Assembly (NCBI GenBank): GCA_030591625.1
Contig: JAUVAR010000002.1
Span: 1-42,948 of the forward strand
Origin: Candidatus Zixiibacteriota bacterium
GTDB lineage: Bacteria; Zixibacteria; MSB-5A5; GN15; FEB-12
DNA length: 42,948 bases
Direction of reading: 5' to 3'
The stretch's first letter is position 1. Every line of letters starts with the position of its first letter. Below, piece after piece: positions 35,359 through 42,948 of this stretch. The notes below the pieces were generated by a model. The model saw only the letters and a program-made list of their open reading frames with translations, made no database searches and was not told the DNA's origin. Made by a program: the position numbers and the translations under genes.

Positions 35359-37092
35359 TCAGCCATCAAAGAGGGCAATAGTGACCGGTCCCCTATTCTT
35401 GATAAACGAGTAAGTATAACCAACCGTGAAGATAGCCTTTTGACTTGGACTATAATTTATCCCAAGGTTAGGCCGAATAGAAAAACGTTCAACATCGAGA
35501 GAATCAAGATCGTCGTTGAATTCATAATAACCTTTTATACCAGTGTTAATAGAAGTCTTAAGCGATGGTCTGAAGGTTGTCACTATATCGATCTCGTGAC
35601 GATCGGTTGCTTCGGTAGTAATTTTCTGATAGCGAAGATCTTCGCGTTGGAAATACTGGAACTGGAATCCTGCTGAACCTATGTCTGTCAGTGGTTCGAG
35701 CAATTTGGAACCATCAGCTTCAAACAGACCACGCGCAGAAGTGAATGGATCGCTTGTCTTCTCCCAACGATACTTAATCTTCTGAGAAAATTGTCGACCC
35801 GCCAGATACTTCAAATTTGCTTGACCAGAGAACTTATTGGTTGTGGCATTATCGCCCGGACCGAAGAAATCGTAGCGATCAATTCTATCATATCCGGCAA
35901 GTAACGAGAGCGTTGTACTCTTATCAAGGCGTGTAATCAACTCTATACTCGCTTCACCATTGAGCCTGTCAAGAGATGAATAGCGAATAAAATCAAAGTC
36001 AAACGTAGCCGAGTCAGCCGCACCCTCTCGATAATCTGGAAGATCGATAAGTGGATTATCAGACGTTACCCTATAGGCAGTAAGTCGTCCTACCAACCTT
36101 GAACTTTTTGACAGCCTGGTAGTTGTGCTCAAGGCACCGTTGATTGAGTTGGCATCAAGGTTCGCAGTCTTGTTGCGGGTCTTGGAATGACCGAACGAGC
36201 CAACAAATCTTGTTTTTCCAATATCACCTTTGACTCGGAATTTCTGCCAAATTTTCCGTTTCTCGGGAAAGACCGAATATGCAGCTGTTGTATCGTCGTA
36301 AAGAACTCTTGATCCAAATTCATCTGTAGCTCCCCCTGTCACAGGATGAGCTGCATTATCATAATATGCCGTCGGTGCATCAGCATGTGACTTGAAAGTT
36401 CGCATACCAACTTTTAGACCAAGATCATATTTACCAGCCTTACCTTCAAGTCCAGCCTCGACTGAATGTGTCTGTCTGTTAACAGTAGCACCCTGAGAGG
36501 TCAGATGACAACTGAAACAATGGTCTGAAGCTATCTGCTGCTCTTCACCCTTCTTTATGATTGAACGATGGCTTACCAGAAGACGCAAATCGTTCTGGCG
36601 GGAGAGCAAGAGATTGAACTGACTCGAAATTTCACTGCGAGTATAATTGTAATCAGCTCCCGGATCGAGAATCTCGTGAGTGAGCATCTTACCACCCGGT
36701 ACAGTCGATAACCACTCACGTGCAGCAATATTTTCAAGCAAATCCTGGCCGGTCTGCCGAATCATCGACCTGAAATTGATCTCAGTTGAGAATTTATCTG
36801 CCAAATTATAATTGAATCGTCCCAATACATTATCATCATCGAAATATTGGACATTTAGATCAAGACGGGAATCATCTTGCCAACGCCAGTAGTGAATCTT
36901 TCCTTCGGGAAGGAATTCATCATTACCTTTTTTGTATTCTCCAACTTTCTTCGTGTAGCCGTCGTAATCAGTAGAGTGTCCTCCAAGCCAGAGTTTGACA
37001 CCCTGATCCGAAACATCTTCTTGAGCCGATACAGCCGCACCAATCGCCAGGAGCAAAACGATGCTTAGCAGTAAACTTAGTAATCTTAACAT
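35359..37092 (-). CDS. Outer-membrane beta-barrel, MtrB/PioB-like decahaem-associated porin (N-terminal 577 aa), contains one CXXCH
   Basis: Signal peptide 'LLSLLLSIVLLLAIGAAVSAQ', followed by long amphipathic beta-strand repeats. It starts 9 nt after the decahaem cytochrome gene. CFSCH lies at aa 192-196 (nt 36505-36519). Its end, '...ALFDG', has no beta-signal. Confidence 0.65.
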   Translation of the reverse strand: MLRLLSLLLSIVLLLAIGAAVSAQEDVSDQGVKLWLGGHSTDYDGYTKKVGEYKKGNDEFLPEGKIHYWRWQDDSRLDLNVQYFDDDNVLGRFNYNLADKFSTEINFRSMIRQTGQDLLENIAAREWLSTVPGGKMLTHEILDPGADYNYTRSEISSQFNLLLSRQNDLRLLVSHRSIIKKGEEQQIASDHCFSCHLTSQGATVNRQTHSVEAGLEGKAGKYDLGLKVGMRTFKSHADAPTAYYDNAAHPVTGGATDEFGSRVLYDDTTAAYSVFPEKRKIWQKFRVKGDIGKTRFVGSFGHSKTRNKTANLDANSINGALSTTTRLSKSSRLVGRLTAYRVTSDNPLIDLPDYREGAADSATFDFDFIRYSSLDRLNGEASIELITRLDKSTTLSLLAGYDRIDRYDFFGPGDNATTNKFSGQANLKYLAGRQFSQKIKYRWEKTSDPFTSARGLFEADGSKLLEPLTDIGSAGFQFQYFQREDLRYQKITTEATDRHEIDIVTTFRPSLKTSINTGIKGYYEFNDDLDSLDVERFSIRPNLGINYSPSQKAIFTVGYTYSFIKNRGPVTIALFDG

Positions 37093-37101
37093 TGCTTCCT
37101 C

Positions 37102-38043
37102 CTACCTTGTTAATGCGTTGCCACCGGTTGGAATAGCCTGAGAAGGCATATCGGAACCGTGAATTTGAGAGTGACACTGAGTACACTTAGTTAACATACC
37201 TTTTTTCCAACCATCTGTAGTTGACATCGTCGTGCGGTCGTCAGCAAGTGGCGGAGTAAACTCACCATCCTGCCCTTCTACCGACGCATGGAAATGCATC
37301 GCATGACAATTCAAACATAACGCTGGTTCATTGTATCTAAGCAACTTGTCGGCTACTGTACCATGCGGTGCATGGCAGATGTTGCAATCTTCGTTTACCG
37401 GATCATGCTCGTAAACAAATGGTCCTTCCTGCTCCATATGGCAGCTAAGACAAAGTTCACGACCTGTATTATCAGCCGTTAACTTAGCAGGTTCACCATG
37501 AACACCATGACAATCTGCACATTCGAGTTTACCTTCCACGATCGGATGATGTGACGGCAAATACGTAGCAGCTTTTACTTCAATATGACAGCTGTAGCAA
37601 AGTGCCTCGCCTGATTCTTTTGCCGTTGAACCGCCATGAGTAGTATGGCAGTCTGAACAAGTTGCTCCGCCACCATTATGATCAGAGAACTCCCAATTGT
37701 CTAATATACCATCCGAATGACAGTTCAAGCATAGAAGATCGGCCTGAAACTGGTCAGTATTGGCAGGATTAAAGATCAATTCGGGATCGCCTGTCGAAGC
37801 ATGTTCTACTGCCGCTCCATGGCAAGACTCACAGACACTATGCGCCCGATCCGGCATTGCGGAAATGGTAGTACCATGTGAAGTCTTGCCGTAAGAGGCG
37901 ACAATCTCCTCATGGCAGTCGGCACAAAGTGCACCTGCAGTCTGCTCTGCCCGGATAGCAGAAGACGCAAGGGCTGCAATTAACAGCATACATGTTACGA
38001 CTACCGTGAAGAAATTTCGTTTACTTACAATTCTTGTTTGCAT
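37102..38043 (-). CDS. Periplasmic decahaem cytochrome c, MtrA/DmsE/PioA-like
   Basis: ORF 37102-38112. I prefer the ATG at 38041-38043 (MQTRIVSKRNFFTVVVTCMLLIAALASSA), which is preceded by GGAAGGGA. It has exactly 10 CXXCH motifs in ~310 aa, and the C-terminus reads 'CTQCHSQIHGS'. Confidence 0.8.
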   Translation of the reverse strand: MQTRIVSKRNFFTVVVTCMLLIAALASSAIRAEQTAGALCADCHEEIVASYGKTSHGTTISAMPDRAHSVCESCHGAAVEHASTGDPELIFNPANTDQFQADLLCLNCHSDGILDNWEFSDHNGGGATCSDCHTTHGGSTAKESGEALCYSCHIEVKAATYLPSHHPIVEGKLECADCHGVHGEPAKLTADNTGRELCLSCHMEQEGPFVYEHDPVNEDCNICHAPHGTVADKLLRYNEPALCLNCHAMHFHASVEGQDGEFTPPLADDRTTMSTTDGWKKGMLTKCTQCHSQIHGSDMPSQAIPTGGNALTR

Positions 38044-38103
38044 GCGGTTGAATCCCTTCCTCTTGGATATAAGTTCTATTACTAAATTCATATTCGTAAT
38101 GTT

Positions 38104-38117
38104 AGTTAGCACTAACT
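38104..38117. promoter_or_regulatory. 14-bp palindrome between tetR and the decahaem gene (candidate TetR operator)
   Basis: AGTTAGCACTAACT has 6-bp arms, AGTTAG and CTAACT, around a 2-nt centre. It lies 61 nt upstream of the preferred cytochrome start. Confidence 0.3.
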
Positions 38118-38138
38118 CACTTTATTAAGAAAAAAATA

Positions 38139-38735
38139 CTACTTTTTTAATCCTCTCGCATAAATCGGCACATTATTGGCAATAACTTTTGAGGGGTCAT
38201 ATACTTTCCCCTGCATTCCCCGCCATAGGGTTTTGCCCAGAGCACAGTCGAAAACCATACCTGTAAAGCAGCGGGCTGTAATATCATTATTCTTCTTTAA
38301 TATCTTTCCTTCACTATAAAGCCTGTCGAGTTGCTCCCTGAGAAACTTTTGATAGCTGCCTCTGATCTGATTATAGATCTGCCCTGCTTTATCATGACCG
38401 CTCAAAGCTGAGTACAACAACAAACGATACATATCGGATCGTTTGGTAAAGAAAGAAATAATGTGTTTAGCCAAACCTTTCAAAAGAGCTTCTACATCAC
38501 TTTCATTTCGCAGTTCATCAAAAACTGCCTCATAATCGAGCTTCGATTTTAAAGACTCAAGCACCGCTATATATATATCTTCCTTGGAATTGAAATGTTT
38601 GTAAACCGCCGGCTCAGTTATTCCACAAACTGCGCCAATCGACTTAACCGTCACGCGATCATAGCCATCAGAACTAAAGAGATGAGTGCTCTCTTCAATT
38701 ATTTGTATTTTTCTGTCAGTTACTTTATTTATCAT
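38139..38735 (-). CDS. TetR/AcrR-family transcriptional regulator
   Basis: 198 aa with an N-terminal HTH, 'FSSDGYDRVTVKSIGAVCGITEPAVYKHFNSKEDIY'. Confidence 0.88.
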   Translation of the reverse strand: MINKVTDRKIQIIEESTHLFSSDGYDRVTVKSIGAVCGITEPAVYKHFNSKEDIYIAVLESLKSKLDYEAVFDELRNESDVEALLKGLAKHIISFFTKRSDMYRLLLYSALSGHDKAGQIYNQIRGSYQKFLREQLDRLYSEGKILKKNNDITARCFTGMVFDCALGKTLWRGMQGKVYDPSKVIANNVPIYARGLKK

Positions 38736-38842
38736 AACAACTCAGGTTAGGACTCACTAACTATAGAATAGTATTCATATCGGCAGGTCAAGTCAAAAAT
38801 GCTGGATTTTGTGATATTTTTCACCATTTTATTTTACGCGCT

Positions 38843-38854
38843 ACACTATAGTGT
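38843..38854. promoter_or_regulatory. 12-bp perfect palindrome upstream of tetR
   Basis: ACACTATAGTGT is its own reverse complement. It lies ~110 nt upstream of the tetR start and just downstream of the rqcH stop. Confidence 0.25.
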
Positions 38855-38871
38855 TGTTATACAATCGCTTA

Positions 38872-40551
38872 CTATTTCGACTCCGCTGGCTTTGGGGCAA
38901 CCATAACCGACTTCTCACGCTCAACAGAAACCAAACCAGGCTTTGCTTTGCGAGGTTTACGAACATATTTCCTTTGAGTATAGATAACCGAGACGAGCGA
39001 ATCATTGCGTGCCTTACTATGAAATGCAGCAATTGCCGCAGTCTCTTCGATCTCTCGTTTTGATGGCTCAAAAGTTTTGCTCGGAAACTTAATCACAACA
39101 TGTGACCCGGGGCATTGTCCGGCATGAAACCATAATTCGTAAGGCTTGGCAAAATCAAAGGTGGTGCGATCATTATCGGCACCATCTTTCCCGACAAAAA
39201 TTGTCAGTCCGGTTGAAAGCTGATGCTCACGGTATGGCAGTCTCGGTTGCGAATCTCGTTTTGTCGAAATTCTGGGAAGAAGTGATTCTATCTCCTCGCG
39301 ATACTGTTCGCTGGCACTGTCAAAATTCATATCAAGGGCGGCATAAATCTCTTCAAATCGAATCAATTCAGCTTTTGATATTTCCAATCTTCGTTCCAAA
39401 AGCTCAAGCCCCTCGCGTCCCTTGCGGTACCGTTTGAAATATGATTCTACATTGTCAGTCGGTGACAAAACAGGATTAAGCTTGATAGTAACTTCACCAC
39501 CCGAGGCATCATACATATTGACAAGCGTAACAGTTTCATCACCGCGCTTAAATTCATTTAAGTTAACTTTCAACAATTCACCATTGATACGAAACAGTTC
39601 AAAGTCAGCCGCCTCGACAATATCATTCCCCAAATGTTCTACCCTGCGAGACAATTTCTTTATCGAACGCTTAAGGGCCGATGTGATAACTTTTCGTTCA
39701 TCAGTTTCTGAAACAACCGCTCGGCGACGGGCAGTCATTGCGGCTACAGCGAACGAAAGTGTTTTGTATTTTTCGGGCTGTTGCTCTATAGTTTTTAATC
39801 GGAACGGATAAACTTCGACCCCGGACTGACGTTCGTACAAGTAACCGGTCGGACCGGTAGTGAAGCGTGATACGATCTCTTTTATATCAGCTACTAATTT
39901 TATAGCAGAAGCATCATCCAACTCATCTTCATCAAGATTAATTTCGCTTCTTCGGAGCAGTTCAAAAACAATCGTCTTGTTAAAGCCACCCAGCGTTCTG
40001 GTCAGAGCATTTACAAAAGTTATCTGACGGTCACACTCCTGAGCAATTTCTAAAATCTTTGCATCGTCAATATTATTTGGATCTACCAAATGTTCTGGTT
40101 GTGGTGGAGGCGCATACGCTTCTTTCTGATCGTACGTTTTCTTTCTTAGCGTTGCTAACCGGCATGAGTTTTCATCAAGCAGCCAAAGATTTCCATTAGG
40201 CCCCATCGCTTCAACAACAAGTGTCCGACGACCGGCATCTGTCGATAAATTTATTTTGAAAATACGATCATTTGCATACTGTTCGACCGATTCAACAACG
40301 CTCTCTTCTAGTGCAAAGACAGGCCACGGTTTTTCATTTGTAGTTGGCATAACCTTGGAGGCAGGCACAAGGAAACAACCTGCACCGGCCGGATGATAAA
40401 CAAAGCCAAGGGCGTTCAACGAACGATCCGACTTGATAAAGAAGAACGCCGATCGTTCTTTTTTGTAGAACTCGGTACGTACAATCTTACCGCCAACAAT
40501 CGTTTCCTTAAGTTCGGCAACTAATGCCTGTATGTGTAGTGCAGTTTGCAT
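38872..40551 (-). CDS. rqcH: NFACT-family ribosome quality-control protein (RqcH / FbpA-like)
   Basis: ORF 38872-40608. I prefer the ATG at 40549-40551 (MQTALHIQALVAELKETIVGGKI...). The NFACT-N region includes 'ANDRIF'. It has a coiled-coil middle and a C-terminal NFACT-R/DUF814-like 'YELWFHAGQCPGSHVVIK'. Confidence 0.8.
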   Translation of the reverse strand: MQTALHIQALVAELKETIVGGKIVRTEFYKKERSAFFFIKSDRSLNALGFVYHPAGAGCFLVPASKVMPTTNEKPWPVFALEESVVESVEQYANDRIFKINLSTDAGRRTLVVEAMGPNGNLWLLDENSCRLATLRKKTYDQKEAYAPPPQPEHLVDPNNIDDAKILEIAQECDRQITFVNALTRTLGGFNKTIVFELLRRSEINLDEDELDDASAIKLVADIKEIVSRFTTGPTGYLYERQSGVEVYPFRLKTIEQQPEKYKTLSFAVAAMTARRRAVVSETDERKVITSALKRSIKKLSRRVEHLGNDIVEAADFELFRINGELLKVNLNEFKRGDETVTLVNMYDASGGEVTIKLNPVLSPTDNVESYFKRYRKGREGLELLERRLEISKAELIRFEEIYAALDMNFDSASEQYREEIESLLPRISTKRDSQPRLPYREHQLSTGLTIFVGKDGADNDRTTFDFAKPYELWFHAGQCPGSHVVIKFPSKTFEPSKREIEETAAIAAFHSKARNDSLVSVIYTQRKYVRKPRKAKPGLVSVEREKSVMVAPKPAESK

Positions 40552-40947
40552 GCTTGGAATATATTCACGTTTTAAGTTAGTAACAAGAGCGCATTTTGTT
40601 TTGCGCAACTATTCAATGCTATCAATTTATCTCCTGTTAGGGGGAACCATAAATGACTCTGATTTGTTTTAGTAGATAGACAAAGGAATGTCCATTGTAC
40701 TATCACCTCGCTCTGGCGGAGTGGTTCATCCAGATGATCTGGTTCATCGTGAGTGACATCTTTAGAATTCTGCTCCGCCTACAACTCGGTTCACACTCAG
40801 AATAATACACTTGTCGCACTTTTTTTATTCAACTTTTTAGTCCTTAAACACGTCTAATATATACGCGTTCAAATGGAATGAACGCATTGGTACCCTTTTA
40901 GAGGGGGGAAGGTGAGAGCGGTAACTTCGTTCTTACCAAAATGAAAG

Positions 40948-40977
40948 CAAGGCTCCTTCGCCATTGAAGGAGCCTTG
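40948..40977 (-). terminator. Rho-independent terminator of fumC
   Basis: A perfect 12-bp stem forms between CAAGGCTCCTTC (40948-40959) and GAAGGAGCCTTG (40966-40977), with a 6-nt loop. On the minus strand it is followed by CTTTCATTTT. Confidence 0.8.
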
Positions 40978-41000
40978 TGACTAAGACTAATAATTCAAAT

Positions 41001-42392
41001 CTACTTTTTCGGTCCGGTCATATTCTCGGGCCGAACCTTTTCGTCGAATTCTTCACCGGTCAAAAGTCCAAGCTCAATTACTGCCTCACGCAAAGTTGAA
41101 TTATCTGCATGAGCTTTCTTGGCAACTTTTGCAGCATTATCATACCCGATATGCGGGCTAAGCGCAGTCACAAGCATGAGTGAATTCTTCAGGTAATAAT
41201 CGATCATCGTTGGGTTCGGTTCGATTCCAACCGCACAATGTTCGTTGAACATATCGCAGGCATCGGCAATCAAACGAATCGACTGCAGGACATTGTAAAT
41301 CATAACCGGCTTATAAACATTCAATTCAAAATTACCGTTTGAACCACCAATGTTAACCGCAACATCGTTACCGATCACCTGAGTGCATACCATTGTCATC
41401 GCTTCCGGCTGAGTTGGATTAACTTTGCCCGGCATAATCGACGATCCCGGTTCGTTAGCCGGAATAGAAATTTCACCGATTCCACAACGCGGACCCGATG
41501 CCAACCAACGGACATCATTCGCAATTTTCATAAGTGAACAGGCGAGAGTTTTGAGCACACCGGAAATTTCAACTAGGGCGTCATGGCCAGCGAGAGCCTC
41601 GAATTTGTTCGGTGCGGTTATAAATGGTTTGCCGGTAAGTTCTGCAATTTTCGCCGCTGACTTAACGGCGAAATCAGGATGCGTGTTCAGTCCGGTTCCT
41701 ACCGCGGTACCACCAAGTGCTAAAGGATACAAACGCTTGAGCGAATCGTCAATCCGATCAAGACCGTTTGAGAGCATCTGCACATAGCCCGAAAATTCCT
41801 GACCAAGAGTAAGCGGAGTTGCATCCATCAGATGAGTACGACCAATTTTGATAATGCCTTCGAACTTTTTTGATTTCTCCGCAAACGTATCACGCAACTG
41901 CGTGATCATCGGAATCAAACGACGATGAATCTCTTCGACGGTAGCAATATGCATCCCGGTCGGGAACGTATCGTTCGATGACTGCGCTTTGTTGACATCA
42001 TCGTTTGGATGAACCGGCGTTTTTGAACCCATCGTTCCACCAGCGATTTCAATCGCGCGATTCGAAATCACTTCGTTGGTGTTCATGTTGGTTTGGGTGC
42101 CGGAGCCTGTTTGCCAAATTACGAGTGGGAAATGGTCGTCGAGTTTTCCTTCGATTACTTCGTCGGCAGCTTTGGCGATCAGGTCACCTTTCGCTTTGTC
42201 TAACAGTCCGAGTTCGACATTAACGATTGCGGCTGCTTTTTTGAGAATCGCCATTCCGCGAATAAGTTCGCGTGGCATCCGTTCGCCACCGATTTTGAAA
42301 TGATGGAGCGAGCGGGCAGTCTGTGCGCCGTAGTATTTGTCGGATGGGACTTTGATTTCGCCCATCGAGTCGGTTTCAACTCTGTAATCCAT
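41001..42392 (-). CDS. fumC: Class II fumarate hydratase
   Basis: 463 aa with the signature '[13 protein letters not shown]' and a typical N-terminus, '[23 protein letters not shown]'. Confidence 0.95.
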   Translation of the reverse strand: MDYRVETDSMGEIKVPSDKYYGAQTARSLHHFKIGGERMPRELIRGMAILKKAAAIVNVELGLLDKAKGDLIAKAADEVIEGKLDDHFPLVIWQTGSGTQTNMNTNEVISNRAIEIAGGTMGSKTPVHPNDDVNKAQSSNDTFPTGMHIATVEEIHRRLIPMITQLRDTFAEKSKKFEGIIKIGRTHLMDATPLTLGQEFSGYVQMLSNGLDRIDDSLKRLYPLALGGTAVGTGLNTHPDFAVKSAAKIAELTGKPFITAPNKFEALAGHDALVEISGVLKTLACSLMKIANDVRWLASGPRCGIGEISIPANEPGSSIMPGKVNPTQPEAMTMVCTQVIGNDVAVNIGGSNGNFELNVYKPVMIYNVLQSIRLIADACDMFNEHCAVGIEPNPTMIDYYLKNSLMLVTALSPHIGYDNAAKVAKKAHADNSTLREAVIELGLLTGEEFDEKVRPENMTGPKK

Positions 42393-42527
42393 ACTTGTAT
42401 CCTCACATTTGTACTAATTTTCACAATCTGAGAATGAATATACTGATTTAGTGAAGAAGCGCAAGTGTGAGGGAGGGGATACGAATTTGTATTAGCTTAA
42501 ATCCACAGCATTACTTATCGTCTCTTC

Positions 42528-42948
42528 ATGGACTTTGAAATACTAGACACGATGAAGAGACTGACAATACAGGCTATTGTATCGGACGACGAATTAATGG
42601 ATAGGTTGATTCTCAAGGGAGGTAGTGCTCTGGACATGATTCACAAGATCGCTCAGAGATCATCAATTGACTTGGATTTTTCGATGATTGATAGCTTTGA
42701 TGAGAGTGATTTGGGAAGTCTGGAGATTAGGATTAGGAAACTCCTTGAGAATATTTTTCTTGAGAATGGTTATCAGGTACTCGACGTGAATCTAGCAAAA
42801 CGACCTAGTAATATGACGCCATCGTTAGAGTCATTCTGGGGTGGCTACAAGATAACCTTTAAATTGATTTCAATTGAAAAGTATGAAGAACTAGAACAGG
42901 ATATCGAATCTTCTCGAAAGAACTCCTTACCTCTTGGAGCAAATGACG
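42528..42948 (+). CDS. AbiEii/AbiGii-like nucleotidyltransferase toxin (DUF1814-type), 5' part truncated by window end
   Basis: Absent from the ORF track. My translation is MDFEILDTMKRLTIQAIVSDDELMDRLILKGGSALDMIHKIAQRSSIDLDFSMIDSF..., which matches the family N-terminal pattern 'l.LKGGtAL....R.S.DlDF'. The frame stays open to the window end. Confidence 0.55.
   Translation, partial: MDFEILDTMKRLTIQAIVSDDELMDRLILKGGSALDMIHKIAQRSSIDLDFSMIDSFDESDLGSLEIRIRKLLENIFLENGYQVLDVNLAKRPSNMTPSLESFWGGYKITFKLISIEKYEELEQDIESSRKNSLPLGAND

Noticed and set aside
35359-35361. Possibility that the organism uses a recoded genetic code (TGA = Gly/Trp, or TAA = sense) to explain the two in-frame stops.
   Set aside because: TGA cleanly terminates genes of normal length here, for example at 8473-8475, 18711-18713 and 33196-33198. 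TAA does the same at 24168-24170. Standard code 11 fits all other genes.
37102-38112. Longest-ORF starts for the decahaem gene (38112), rqcH (40608), the Hpt-like gene (7460), rsmD (32084), the TolC gene (13008) and permease 2 (23388).
   Set aside because: Internal ATGs carry Shine-Dalgarno motifs and give natural N-termini (signal peptides or family-typical first residues). The N-terminal extensions look non-coding. The start positions remain uncertain.
40690-40758. 22-aa ORF (MSIVLSPRSGGVVHPDDLVHRE) in the rqcH upstream spacer.
   Set aside because: It has no RBS, is very short, and overlaps the palindromic core. It is more likely non-coding.
42393-42480. Imperfect inverted repeat CCTCACA / TGTGAGG in the fumC-abiEii divergent spacer.
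   Set aside because: Only 7 bp match, the context is imperfect, and the arms are ~55 nt apart. This is within chance expectation for an AT-rich spacer.
1-42948. I looked for tRNA, rRNA, CRISPR arrays, IS elements, integrases and prophage genes.
   Set aside because: I saw no cloverleaf-like sequences, no regularly spaced repeats, and no transposase or integrase motifs. The only accessory-type gene is the truncated AbiEii-like ORF at the 3' edge.

Overview
This is a chromosomal window with about 30 genes. It is moderately AT-rich and many starts carry a Shine-Dalgarno sequence. The taxon cannot be determined from this sequence; the domain architectures suggest an uncultivated anaerobe or sediment lineage. 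I saw no rRNA, tRNA, CRISPR array, transposase or integrase. The window falls into four blocks. (1) nt 1-6650, minus strand: a secreted FN3/NHL-repeat protein, then a multihaem cytochrome c operon. The operon has a 15-site and a 17-site cytochrome flanking two exported TPR proteins (one fused to a Cys-less thioredoxin fold) and a secreted unknown. (2) nt 7032-24170: a degenerate Hpt-like protein, a lipoprotein with a Gly/Arg-rich tail, and a roughly 15.5-kb co-directional operon (8679-24170) that interleaves an ABC-2-type transporter with a TolC-MFP-RND-RND pump. That operon includes an ABC-2 permease fused to a HExxH-less M1-peptidase-like domain and a golvesin-like domain. It also includes a 1577-aa ORF in which a complete RND permease is fused through extra TM helices to an ABC ATPase domain that itself carries a ~177-aa membrane insertion. 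This operon is my top candidate for an undescribed system. (3) nt 24254-30696, minus strand: exported proteolysis-type genes. These are a TolB-like propeller/amidohydrolase interrupted by an in-frame TAA, and a Tat-signal TldD with a signal-less PmbA. (4) nt 30922-42948: housekeeping genes (rsmD, rnhB, yraN, ispG, rqcH, fumC) surrounding a TetR-decahaem cytochrome-porin module of MtrAB/PioAB type. Its porin contains a CXXCH motif and an in-frame TGA. The window ends in a truncated AbiEii-like toxin gene. All calls rest on by-eye motif recognition; no searches were run.
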